A stretch of 64,000 bases of DNA, taken from Phoronis australis (taxonomy: Eukaryota; Animalia; Phoronida). The stretch covers positions 406,312 through 470,311 of the forward strand of contig NMRA01000133.1 in NCBI GenBank assembly GCA_002633005.1, in the 5' to 3' direction. The position numbers and the translations under genes were made by a program. Of this stretch, positions 38,983 to 60,028 are shown one piece after another. The notes under the pieces were generated by a model. It was not told the DNA's origin, did not search any database, and saw only the letters and a list, made by a program, of their open reading frames with translations. Positions within the stretch are counted from its first letter, which is position 1, and the number at the start of each line of letters is the position of its first letter.

Positions 38983-39348
38983 CAGAATTCATTGTCACAG
39001 AATGTCTCTTTTAACATTTGTATTAGAACTGTAAGTCAAAAACCCTGTTGAACACATTATTACAAGTAGACATGTAAGTTCCAATACACTAATACAGTCA
39101 GTATATGATACAACAGATCTAAACTATAAATGCACGGCAATAACACTAGTACAAAAAGTTGTACTTCCCACAGAAACAATCCCATCAACACTTCTGTAGA
39201 CACCTCTATACCTCTGCCTAGTTCAGTTAAACAAAAACAAAATGGTTTACAAAAACTGAATAAGTCATTAAAAGTTGAGCTTTGTCTCTCTGAAAGACAA
39301 AATCAGTTGAAACTGACGTCAGACGAGGAAAGTTTACCAGTATTCTGG

Positions 39349-48255
<8,907 letters not shown>

Positions 48256-49602
48256 GGCAGAATTGCATGTAAGGTCACTTCCAGTGGCAAGTGTTGTAGA
48301 TTGTCGTTAGTAATATCGTCACTGAAGTTAGCTGGCCAAGGAGTGAAAACTGTTGGTTCACCTATGCTCAGTCACCATTACCAGTCTGAAAACAAATAAG
48401 AATATGCCCAATAAAAGTCTAACAGAACATCACACGGTCCGTCACAAAAACCAACTTTCGATCAAAGACATCACTTACTCTAATTTCAAATTGTTACTAC
48501 AGTCAAAATGGAGGTGACTTCTCTGCTTGGAAAGAGCTGACAGTTGACACAGCTAAGTATTGTCTCAAGCAATAACTATTGTCTGTTCTTTGCAACATTA
48601 AAAATCCCTTATCTCAAAGAAAAAATGAGATCCATTTTACAGTGATGAGTGGAGTAAATGAGACGCAGGTTTACAGCTGCTTATGTTCAATAAGATAAGA
48701 GAATTTTATTTTCCTCTAATAAATAATATCACTGAAAAGAACAGATAGGTTCTTTGCATATCATTACAGGATGATAAAATTCATGAGACCTCAGGTGCTT
48801 CATTTCTAGGGTAATTTTCAGTCTATATGATCTAGCTCAGGGGTAAATTTTTAGAGATGCACCGGCAGTTTTTACCCAGTCATGAGGTAATATTATTATG
48901 AAATTGGGAACGCTGTATAATCTCGGCTAGATGTATTCCGGATACATCCACTTCAGTCATTGACAATGGGGCCCCGCCTAAGATAAAGGTCCCATCTAGT
49001 CTTTACATGTGGAAGGTTCTGGCAACCGAGTGACAATACATTAAGTTAAAAAAGCTGCAGGTTAGGACATCGCACAAAATTAAGGCCCCGCCTCCCTCAC
49101 CACAGAAGCCCCCAAATGTTACAGCAACTGGGAAGCCAAGAAACCTAACACGGACACTGGCTATAGCCAGTTGCTATGAGTAACAAAGGTTGAATCAAAA
49201 AGGAAGGTGGTTGTAGGATAAATATCAATGGCATAAATGGTGGCCGTAGCCACCTGAGGTTTTGATATTTGAGGACTGTTTTTTATCCATCAACTGGTAT
49301 TGCCTCAGCCTAAGGTGCACAGTTACCTAATAGGGCAGGTATACATCTGTATTGTTGCTCAGCAATACTCATTGACTACTCAGTCATTGCCTGGAAGACA
49401 CCGGCTAGGCTCATCAAAGAGGCTGCAACTAGCCTACCTTGTCCTTTCATCACAAAAACCAACTTTGGAATTAGGCCATCATCATAATGAAAATTTGGTC
49501 AACTATTTCCTAGTCAAGTTGGAGATGAGTTACTGACTTAGCTAAGACAAATCTTAAATTAGTGTGGTGAATTTGAAGACTAAAAGTTCAAAATGTCTGT
49601 CT

Positions 49603-49767
49603 GTTCCAAGAAAGTGACCTTAGGTTTGACTTAAATTTTTTACTTAAGTTTTGTTAAGTTTGACTAACATACCTGAAGTGGAAGTTTCAAAGTTTGCAAG
49701 ACTGAAAGTTGAGACAAATCTTAGACTTTAAGTAAAAAAATTAACTTTAAAGTCACTTTCTTGGAGC
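49603..49767. mobile_element. Short MITE
   Basis: TIR TCCAAGAAAGTGACCTTA / TAAAGTCACTTTCTTGGA. Confidence 0.55.
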
Positions 49768-49911
49768 CTGCTGAGTACGGAGCCAGCAGTACATCGGCTC
49801 CTCCATTAGACAATGACCGCTGTCAGCTAGAGACGGTCGTCACTGTCAACTGCCCCAGATGCATGACCCTGGTGCTAGAGTGCAGCAAAGTTAAAAGGAC
49901 GTGACAGATTC

Positions 49912-50739
49912 GACATGTATGGGACCCCACAAGCGTCACCTTGTGACGGGTCTTTTCTGACACGTAACGAGTCATTTCTAACATGCTGACGCGTCAGTGA
50001 TGCTATCGATGTTCTTAAAAGAACCAATCAGTGTTAAGGTTATACAATGTGTTGACCAAACCAATGAGATCGTCATGTTTTGACGAGACTGACAATTACA
50101 TAGGCTGAGCATTTGACACAAAGAAAAAATATAAAAAATGGCCAGCATCCTCTTGCACAAAAACTCAACCTACACAATGTCCTGTCTCCACTGAGCAAGA
50201 CCAGTACATCTTCACTGATTGAGCAAATAGAACCTACAAGGACACAACAACTGTTGGCACAGCACCTGAGAAAATCATCCAAGGTCACAGACATCAAGTC
50301 CTCGTCACTCACAGCATTGTCCTCGTTTATTTGGATAAACAGTCTTTCGTTTATAACATTTTTGACTGTACATGCAGAACACAGACGCCACCGTTGTACT
50401 TTTGCAGGGCGCTATACTCCACAGAGGTGGATTATGATTCATTCAATTAATGCGAGTGTGCATGTAAACTTGTCCCTTTTGGTCAAATGCAAAGTGGGAG
50501 GGCTTATGACCTTTTAGGCTAGTCAGATGTCGGGTCAGTTGGGACGTAAACTGACTGACATCTAAGCATACGTCATTGCTGACCAAACCACAACGTCTTA
50601 TTGGACGCACAGTAATGGGGCTGTAACTTGACACACTGGGAGGTACATTTCGAGTCAAGTCTGACGCGTTTCAATGACTCGTAACGTGTCAGAATAGACC
50701 AGCCAAAAGGTGACACCAGGGGCGTTCCATAGACATGTC
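49912..50739. mobile_element. Non-autonomous TIR element (~830 bp)
   Basis: GACATGT..GTCACCTT..GGTCTTTTCTGACACGTAACGAGTCATT is mirrored by AATGACTCGTAACGTGTCAGAATAGACC..AAGGTGAC..ACATGTC. Confidence 0.6.
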
Positions 50740-51003
50740 TTGTTTCGACTCAACTGCGTGAATATGGCGATTGCGGCACTCTGTTGCATATGTAGGCCTA
50801 CTATATTGGTACAAAGCTGTATATGTATTTTGACGACAGTCTTACAGCTAGCTGGCTGGCTGGCCTACTAGTGCACTGCACTAGAGACAGTCTCACAGTT
50901 TCTGTCCTTTTAAATGAATTGTACATCAACAACGTGAATCCTAATACTGGGAGCACAGAGACGGAACTCGAGAAATGCTCGTCGGTCGTTCACCACTCGC
51001 TAC

Positions 51004-51090
51004 CTGTTGGGTTGTTTTCGCCGGGCACTCGGCACACACTTGATATTTGTCCGCCAGGCACATGTACTGCTCACTACTAGCGCCCTCTGT
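51004..51090 (-). other. Candidate non-coding first exon/promoter of GTPBP8
   Basis: The first coding exon has an acceptor at 48386-48387 and an in-frame stop upstream of the ATG, so an upstream exon is expected. Here a GC-richer patch carries a minus-strand CAG|GTAG donor (~51003) and a CTCF-like TAGCGCCCTCTG near 51078. Confidence 0.3.
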
Positions 51091-53776
51091 GTACAGCTAG
51101 GCACCTTGGCGGTCAAGGTACACAGCCAGTCCAAGCAGCCTGGGAAGACCATAAATATAGTATACAACGACGCTGCACAGTCTAGTATAATAAATAGGTA
51201 TTTGATGATAGCTCATTCAATGACACATTTATAGTTTGCAGTTTTCAATCTAAGCATTGTTTTTCAGTCAGTGACTTTTGCCGGGGAGTATCCAGTATAA
51301 CAAATTCTCTTTGCTAATTCCCGACCTGGACAGGTTTATGAAAGCGCCGAAATTAACTTTTTATTGCCACATGAATACAACAATAATATAATGGAAGCAA
51401 TACTACTGGGTAGTGAGGTGCAACACCCAGGCACGTGCACGACATTGCACCATCATAGACACCACTGAAAAGCATGGGACACTGCATGAGGGAATATGTC
51501 GAACATGTACATGTATTATTTGTTATGGACGACTCATCCTATATGGAAAAAAATATAACGTCACTCGTTTGAATCGACTCGGCCGGGTACACATTTTTGG
51601 GAATTGGACTAATTCACCGATCGTATGGAGAGTCCACTTACACCAGAAATGAGTAAAAGTTTGTCTTACTATTTTTGAATCTATGGTCGAATGTATGGCT
51701 ACCCTGACTTGCCTTGTTGGGATGGACAACATACGCTTTTAAGTGACTCGACAACCCATTTTTCAGACCAGTTACCGAACAAACTAGAATACAAGAATTA
51801 AATCGTAGCCGTATAGTCTCTGTTAGGTAGTAGTCTCGGTCGGAAGCTTACTAGCCTGTCTCAAAGCAAAACAGACACCATTCAAAGTGATTGGTCGGTG
51901 AGGTTGGAGTGTTGAGTTGTGGGATAAGCGTTTCATAAGCGAAGATTTACAACCGTAAGTGCAAGCTATTACCTTGCTTACTGCCTCTCTGGAACGCAGG
52001 CCTGGATAATATGAGGTTACGAAAATACCTGTGTCCCAGATTATGTTGCTAAAGTGCAGGTCATGTTACATATACCACTCAAATGAACAAATTTCAGTCC
52101 ATGCAGATGCCCAACAAACCCCAACGATGACCATCACTGGTAGTAAATGTGAGGCAGCGGATAGATGCCCCCTGATTCGGTTAACAGTTATGAAAAGTTA
52201 GGGATAAACCAGAAAAAAATAGGGCGCGCAGTATCCAAAAGAAAACACTGGAAAAAGACACACACAAAGCAAATAAACAGAAAATTTGTGTCAATTAACT
52301 ATATACGCCCAAGAAAATGTTAGTTACTTCAATATCAAGGCATGTGGAATATAAGGAGAGAATGGATTAACGTTGACCGGAATCGGAACTAAATGATGTG
52401 AAGTTTGGTAAAATTGGAATACTATAATTCGTGAAGACATACTCTTTATAGTGTCTTGGTGGCAACATTATCAGATTCTTTCTCCGGAAGACCCCCAAGA
52501 GTAGCACTTTAAAGATATTTGATACATTTTTAAAGTTTAAATTCCTGAATTTTAAGTTAGCAGGCTTCTTCTAGAATGCACCAGGAAATTGACGTCAACA
52601 CGCATGAATTCTGAAAATTTCTTGGACAAGGGGCCACAAATCCCCGACTCCCGCGATTTTCAGAGGAAGCCAGTGGTCACGCAGTGACGCATAAACCTAC
52701 ACATGTTAGTCTGAAAATCAAACCAAAGAATATTGCATAATCGGATCTGTTCTGTTTCTTTTTTCTTGAAAAGTGATGCGGTACGTTATGCAGCATTTTA
52801 TTAGTAGTTCAGATTTTCAAAAACGAAAAGTGATTACAAATGAAACAGGTCGGGTTACTACTCCCTAACCCTTATCCTAACCCTTTCCCAGCACCACCTG
52901 ATGTCAGCTGAGTCCAATGGGTCCAATGACGTTTTCTTAGCAGTGGGGTTCAAAATGAGCTGAGCGCAGACCAGAGCCAATTGCGCTACTTTTGGGTAAT
53001 AGCAGGAAGAGATGGTAATAGTCAACTACTAGGGTCCCGCGTTTTGAGAACCAGTTTTCTTCACTGAATAATGGGAATAAACCTGGTTCTCAAAATCCTG
53101 GGCATCACCCCGCCTGTAAGTGGTGTTGCCATTTTCACCCCTCTAAAGAACATCTTACTAACTCATCGGCAGAACTTTATACAAGGTCGCGAGGCAAAAT
53201 CCTCATGGCTTCATTTTGCCGTAGAGCCGTAATTTTGCATTCGAAGGGCGCAGCTCTGCGTCAATGCTATTCGGTCAGGCTGCGTGCGAAAGTAAATTCT
53301 TGTTAGTGGCGTAAATTTACGCACGTACCGGTATGTTCATTATTTGCGTGCGTATTTTACGCACGTAAATGAACGCCACAAATATCATTACTTTGCAAAC
53401 TTTACGCCGTTAGAAGTTAGTTCACGATGCAAATCAGCAACTACTGTTTACGCCGCTAACAAGCAATTGCCTACGCACATAATTTACTTGCGTAACGTTC
53501 ACCCCTTTGGCCAACGATATTGTGCTGGGCAATACCGCTATTCGTTTTTGCCTGGGCATATTTTATGAGTCTATTGTTCAGGGAATGCGACCACGTGCAA
53601 ACGACGCTAAATGCGACTCTAACAAATAAAACGATGAATAGTGTTTCATTGTTCAGGCTCGTCGACCTGTGAAATGTCCGTCAAGAAACTAGTCAAACTA
53701 TATATAATAGGCTGCATGTAGTTGTTGTGTTGCTTTAGATTTAGAGTGCATCAGAAATAATTGGAAGACCAATCCA

Positions 53777-56700
53777 ATGTTCGAAAAAATGTTTTCCGCC
53801 ACCTCATGGCTCTCCGCTCTGCTGTTACTCTTAAGGGCTCAACTCATTCTTTCAGGTAAGTGCGCGTAAAAAGTACAACATCATGCTGCTTGAGATAAAA
53901 TTCAAACTACATTAATGACTACGAGCAAAACTGAATTAGAAACCAACCTCTGTTACGACCTTGGGCAGGATCTTGAATTAGATATGACGTAACAGGACAT
54001 TGATAACGTCCGTAATCGATAATCGAATGTGGACTTCTAAAATGACAACACGTTGATCTCTTTTCTTTCTTGCTGAACGTTTTATCCTATCCAATCTTGC
54101 CTTCTGATAACGTCACAAGTCTTTTTCATCTAACGACTTGTTTGCAAAGTAAATGTATTGTGTAATCATGTTTATGACGCATGGGCGGCGCACCATAGGG
54201 GGCGATGAGCGGCTATAGCCCCCCACTTATTTCAGTGCTGCGCTGCCCATGTATGCGCAGTTGATTAAAGCACGTGTTTGGCGCCCACCTAGCCCAGGTT
54301 AGGTAAATAGTTGGCTACAACCTGGTTCCCTTAGTCTATTGCGTGGTCTGTGTGCTCCGCTGCAGCCCAACGAACGTTGCCAGACTGAGCCTATTTATGC
54401 TGCCTCGAGCACCTGGAACCCGGTTGTGATCAAACAATGAGTTCAGGAATTAATGTGCCGTCTATTGTGACCCATTAAGCCCGTTTTGACCCATTATGTC
54501 TTTTTTGTCCTTTAAATCAAATTTCACTCCTTGTAATCGCCATTCTTACCCCTGTTGCCTGCAGGATATTCGATGAAATTAATGCCGGTAACTTAACCAG
54601 TTACAAATTCTGCGGCAGAGCGTTCTGAGCAATGAGCAATATACGTCATTGGTTCGAATGCTACTGCAAAGGTTGTGGGTTCCACGATTCCGCGCTAGAC
54701 TAATTTCTATACAATTCTCACCTAGAATTTCCCAAAATAAGTTGTGAAATACAGATATCGTTTTGATGAATTAGTTCGAAAGAGAGTTAACAGTTAACTC
54801 CACTGTTCTACTGTTGCAAAAACTGAAGATTCGTACTTTTTTTCAGCACCACTGCACCTAGTTCACAAACGCACTCACGAGCTTGTAGTGGGCCGGCGAC
54901 AGTTGAAGTCTCTCGACAATGTTAAGTATATATAAGTATCTGTCTGTAGTACGGAGCCGTTCATATGGGCCATAACAAAGGCCTTGGTGAAATAAAGGGC
55001 GAATTCTTCCATGGTCCCAAGACCGATAGAATTAGGTCTCAGTCAACATCATAAACCTTTTGTTAAACTGTGTTTAGTTTCACAGTCCAACTGGGACACT
55101 GTAACTGCTTCACTGACCTTGCGTGTCAATTTCAAAAGACCCATTGTTTGTGAAGGACGTCCAGATATACAACAACAGGCAAATTGTAAGCCTCCAGGCG
55201 GACTAGTTACCCCAACCAAACCCAAACTGGTTCTCATGTTTCACATAACTGTTACTATTGATAAATCCACTTAATCCACTGGCTGTGAAATTAAGCCAAT
55301 CAAACTGGATTAAAATTTTAGATGAGTGCGTTCTTTATCGACGAATTTTTGGTTTGACTAGATTTTTTCTGACCGTTGGATACTTTTATTGAATGACGCA
55401 AGCTTTTTCAGCTGGTTTCCGATGAACAACTTAAGTTAAGTTATGCATCCTCATCCTTCTTTCAAAATACAAATGCGGATAAGAATATAGATGACGTGGA
55501 ATCCTTGTGATTTTGCTCTGGATTAGGGTTGGGTCTACAAGAATTTACAAATCGGCACGAAATCGATAGTGATACTGCCACTTCGTCATCGATACTCTTT
55601 CCATACCGATGCCAAGTGCAAAGTATAAGTTAACTTCGGATATGTTTTGTCTTTTAACCGACAATATGTTTTCATGGGGTGTGCCGCTGGGAGTTAGCGG
55701 ATAACCACTCGTTTAGAGCCGGTAAGAGATTTGGTGTTGGTTTACTGAGTATCGGTGAACTTGAGCTCCACTTGACGTTGGGTTTGTTTCACGTCATACT
55801 TGACTGAATTGCAAAATAAAGCATGAAAATGTTACGAAATCAGAAACACCTTCAGTTTTCAAGGTATCGATTTTTGTACTGATTACTTTTCGTTTCGATA
55901 CTCTATCGGTATCTTTCATTTCGGTATTCGGTACAATGCATAAACCGATAACCAGTGACCAACACCAGTTCAGACATTACTTGACGTCATTTTCCATCCC
56001 GCGACCGCGTGACTTGCTGAAGCGTTTTCAGACTCATGATATTCTCCATACCACCGGAAATAATAGACTATCATACTGATGAAAATACTGTGCCATCGTG
56101 ATATTGCAATATTTTTTAATCTTGTTTTTTCGGACATTACGCAAACAGAAATTCAGCATTACTTAATTAAATCTGAGATGAACATTACCTCCCAAATCCA
56201 CGCTACCATTTGAAGAGTGTGGAAAACAACGTGCGGAAATTTTAGCGGAGATAACGAGCATACCAGAGCTGAGTTGAGAAGAACTCATACACAACTCTCT
56301 GATATGACTGTCGCTGGGTTATCAATGTTCTTGGTATAAGTGTTGTCATTACAGAATCTCTGCATGCACGGCGACAGGTGACCGATTCTGGGTACAGACG
56401 TACTAAGGGCGGAGGTAAGGCAGATTAGGACATGCGCAATGTGCTCAAGTGTTTTGCAACCCTGTTAGGTTAATTTCTGTATACCCCTAATGCTTGAATA
56501 TTTATTTGTTTTGAATTATCGTTCATAAAATTACTACTGAACGCCCTCTTCTCCAAAATGCCAAAAATGGAACAATTAAGTCGGGATACTGTTTGCAACT
56601 TATTAGATTTCCAAGTCAAACAATGGTAGTATTCTAAAGCTTTGAAAGCGTCATCTGTTGGTTCTGAACCTAAGCAATTTTGAGTTTTCGTGACAAAAAG

Positions 56701-59700
56701 TGCTTTCTTTTGTAAAGAGCAAAAAGGGGTTTCATTGTTTTTCTTTGTAAGGAAATGTTGAAGAAACCTGGAACTTGAAAAACAGATTAACCTGCATGAT
56801 TCAAAGTGTATCTCTGCCACTCAAACAGAATTCTACCCGTTCACCAGATATTTTTACGGTCTGTTCGTAAAATATTAGAATTTCTTTTTATGTCAAAAGT
56901 TTTGTCTTTTGGTTTCAAATTCCAAAAAACGATGTAAACTGCTCGTCATTTCGTCGATTTTTCTCCTTATTTGGTATGGCAAGACATAAACGTAGCACAT
57001 TTCTCTCATATGGAAAATGTGATCTTTGACCTTTGATGTAAACAAAACATTGGTGATTTCTAAGAGGTAATTGGTGTAAGTCATACCGTTTAAAATTAGT
57101 TTCAAATGTATCACAGTGTTCAAATATTTTTCTAAAATGCACTTGGAATTNTCTGTATGCACGGCGACAGGTGACCGATTCTGGGTACAGACGTACAAAG
57201 GGCGGAGGTAAGACAGATTAGGACATGCGCAATGTGCTCAAGTGTTTTGCAACCCTGTTAGGTTAATTTCTGGAAACCCCTAATGCTTGAATATTTATTT
57301 GTTTTGAATTATCGTTCATAAAGTTACTGCTGAACGCCCTCTTCTCCAAAATGCCAAAAATGGAACGATTAAGTCGGGATACTGTTTGCAACTTATTAGA
57401 TTTCCAAGTCAAACAATGGTAGTATTCGAAAGCTTTGAGAGCGTCATCTGTAGGTTCTGAAACTAAGCAATTTTGAGTTTTCGTGACAAAAAGTGCTTTC
57501 TTTTGTAAAGAGCAAAGAGGGGTTTCATTGTTTTTCTTTGTAAGGGAATGTTGAAGAAACCTGGAACTTGAAAACAGATTAAACTGCATGATTCAAAGTG
57601 TATCTCTGCCACTCAAACAGAATTCTACCCGTTCACCAGATATTTTTACGGTCTGTTCGTAAAATATTAGAATTTCTTTTTATGTCAAAAGTTTTGTCTT
57701 TTGGTTTCAAATTCCAAAAAACGATGTAAACTGCTCGTCATTTCGTCGATTTTTCTCCTTATTTGGTATGGCAAGACATAAACGTAGCACATTTCTCTCA
57801 TATGGAAAATGTGATCTTTGACCTTTGATGTAAACAAAACATTGGTGATTTCTAAGAGGTAATTGGTGTAAGACATACCGTTTAAAATTAGTTTCAAATG
57901 CATCACAGTGTTCAAATATTTTTCTAAAATGCACTTGGAATTATTTTTGGGAAATCACTTGCTTCACTGGCTTGCCTCGTGCTGCGCTGTCGACCTCACT
58001 GAGATTCGGATTGCGATCACCCGCTTTTATCCACCTTGCCAGTCAGCAGTTTGCCGAATGACTGAGTGCATGCGCACATTTATCATAAGTGGGAAGGAGA
58101 TTAGAAACTGTGTGGTGACTACAGAGTTTTTCTGAGCGCGTATTTCAAAAATTGAGAAATTTGTGATTTTTTTCTAGAAATTCCCTCCAGGGGAAAGTGA
58201 ATACGTTGCGAGAAGGTACTTTCGTCATGAATTGTTTAAAAGATATTCATGACGAACTTTTGCTTTCCATGACTCTTTAAAAGAAAATGAAACAGTTTTC
58301 ACAAACGGTACATGCTTCTGATAACTACACAATTTTTCACTGTTCACTCACTACGAAAGCGAAACTCCTACCACGCCATGAGCTCGTAGCGTAGACGTGT
58401 AACCCACCAGTAAATAAGTATTTACATGAGCGCGCGACCGTGAGTTGTAAAATCGAACGTCATAGACTAAGAGTTTAAATTAAATTACGAGCTTAATTTT
58501 ACGCCGTGAGGAATTAAATTTCACTCGTAATTTTACGACGTAATTAACGACGTAAATAACGGTGTAACGTACAAAATTACGCTCGTATTCTTTCGGAGAC
58601 GCTTTCCTCCCAACGGCCCATCATACCTATAGGAGCTTCACCGTCTGTAAGTTCAACTAGAGACGGCTGTGGTCACTGAGGTGCCCGGTTTCTTTACTCG
58701 AGGTCGTGGGTCAGTTCGAGTGCGACTGAGCCACACTGGTAGACCCTCGAATCAGGTTTCTAACTCCTCAGATCGGTTTCAACTATATATTAATAAAGCG
58801 TAAAAATGGTTCCAGGTGATCAGTGAAATGGGCCCACATACGCGGCCTACGCCCGTCTGGTACAATGTGTATCAGACCGCCAGCAATTATTAGTTTTTTT
58901 ATTTGTTATTGAACTCAGAGATATGCCTGGCAGTCAGTTATGGATTTGACCAATAAGTTTTACATGGCACAGGGCGAGCCATTCGCGATATAAAATAAAA
59001 ACCCGGAAGTGAGTCGCATGAAAATAGTGTAGAAATTGGGTCATGTTCAGGTTTGCTGTTGTGATTGATTTGTGCATGCCAAAAGTTTTTGTGATGAGTG
59101 TTTAGTATTCTGATGGTGAGTGTAAGGTTCACCTCCAATGGTATTAGTTCTGTTCAGTGGCAAGTGTTCTGAGGTTCTTACTAAGGGTTCGATCGCCACC
59201 CCTGCTCCTAAAACTAAGCCGTGATAAAACATTAAAACACTCTATGATGTAAACTCCAATTGACCCATAGTGGCCTACTATTGAAAGCAATATTTACTGC
59301 TTGGATTAATAATTCAGTTAAATATTTTTTTACTATTTCAGAATCTTTAGACCACATTAGGTTTGGAGGTCGACGCGTGACTAAGCCTGTGTACAACCGG
59401 AATCCAGGACTTATGGGAGGTAAGGAATCGTCGAATGTTGTCAAATCTTTTTGTGGTATTGTCAGGTTTTGTGTAAGCAGAATTAGTGGAAGCTCGCAAT
59501 ACTTTTGACAACACATCATATTTTTTTTTCCAAATACTGAGATGAAAACTTTGGTTTATCCGAGATATTACGGTATTTGCAAATTGTTTCACATTGTCTT
59601 TCATAATGAAATTCTGTAATGCGTTGAAACGTTGTGCGAAGGCATGCAGATAGACCAATCCGCTCGTCATTTGAAGCAAAAAAAATAATCCTATGACCGT

Positions 59701-60028
59701 GATGCATTTGGGATTATGATTTATACAGCAGCTTGGCTTATTAATGAAATGTAGTATATTTTATTATTTCAGAGGCACTGTCCAACGTTAGGTACACGCA
59801 TGCAGTGAGACACTTCACCAACAATTGGGCTACTGTTAATAAGGGGTGGACTCATGCGAAAAAAGGGTGGACCGTAGCTCCTGCGAATAAACGGCGCACT
59901 GCTTTCAATAAACCAACTCCTGCAAACCTCGGTAAGACAGTTTCAACTGAATGCATTCTATAAGTGTCTTTCTTGATGTATGAATATTTCCAGGTGTGGT
60001 GGGAGAAGAGAGCATTTTTCACAAGTAA
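53777..60028 (+). CDS. Putative small secreted peptide precursor, unknown family (~116 aa). Exons: 53777-53855, 59342-59419, 59773-59931, 59994-60028
   Basis: TATATAA near 53700. Exon 1 MFEKMFSATSWLSALLLLLRAQLILS is signal-peptide-like and ends CAG|GTAAGT (phase 1). Two symmetric phase-1 exons follow, with strong T-rich TTTCAG acceptors and GTAAG donors (ESLDHIRFGGRRVTKPVYNRNPGLMG; EALSNVRYTHAVRHFTNNWATVNKGWTHAKKGWTVAPANKRRTAFNKPTPANL). The last exon (GVVGEESIFHK*) is uncertain. No homology recognised. Confidence 0.5.
54180..54251. mobile_element. 72-bp MITE with CATGGGC termini; a similar GC-rich MITE end starts at 63884
   Basis: CATGGGCGGCGCA / TGCGCTGCCCATG inverted termini around a GGGGGC..GCCCCC core. 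Confidence 0.55.
56460..57941 (-). mobile_element. Decayed L1/Tx1-clade LINE ORF2 3' fragment, present twice (56359-57150 and 57152-57941)
   Basis: Frameshifted remnants in the order expected for Tx1/L1 post-RT regions: LHQLPLRN..YIKG (cf. QPLWNN..I.I.G), LCLAIPNKEK (cf. L..AIP..WK), EW, FKFQ, ETPLCSL..LF (zf-RVT-like), IFGILE..NF. Recognised from memory only. Confidence 0.5.

Noticed and set aside
52863-52885. Telomere-like CCCTAA repeats
   Set aside because: Only 2-3 degenerate units; such runs are common inside invertebrate repeats.
56359-57941. ~790-bp tandem duplication with paired 101-116 aa ORFs, suggesting duplicated genes
   Set aside because: The copies are joined exactly at an N (57151) and differ only by scattered substitutions, typical of two allelic contig ends scaffolded in tandem; the content is decayed LINE sequence.
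58938-59707. Stack of minus-strand ORFs suggesting an endogenous viral element
   Set aside because: No recognisable viral motifs; the region is better explained by + strand exons with strong splice signals and AT-rich introns.
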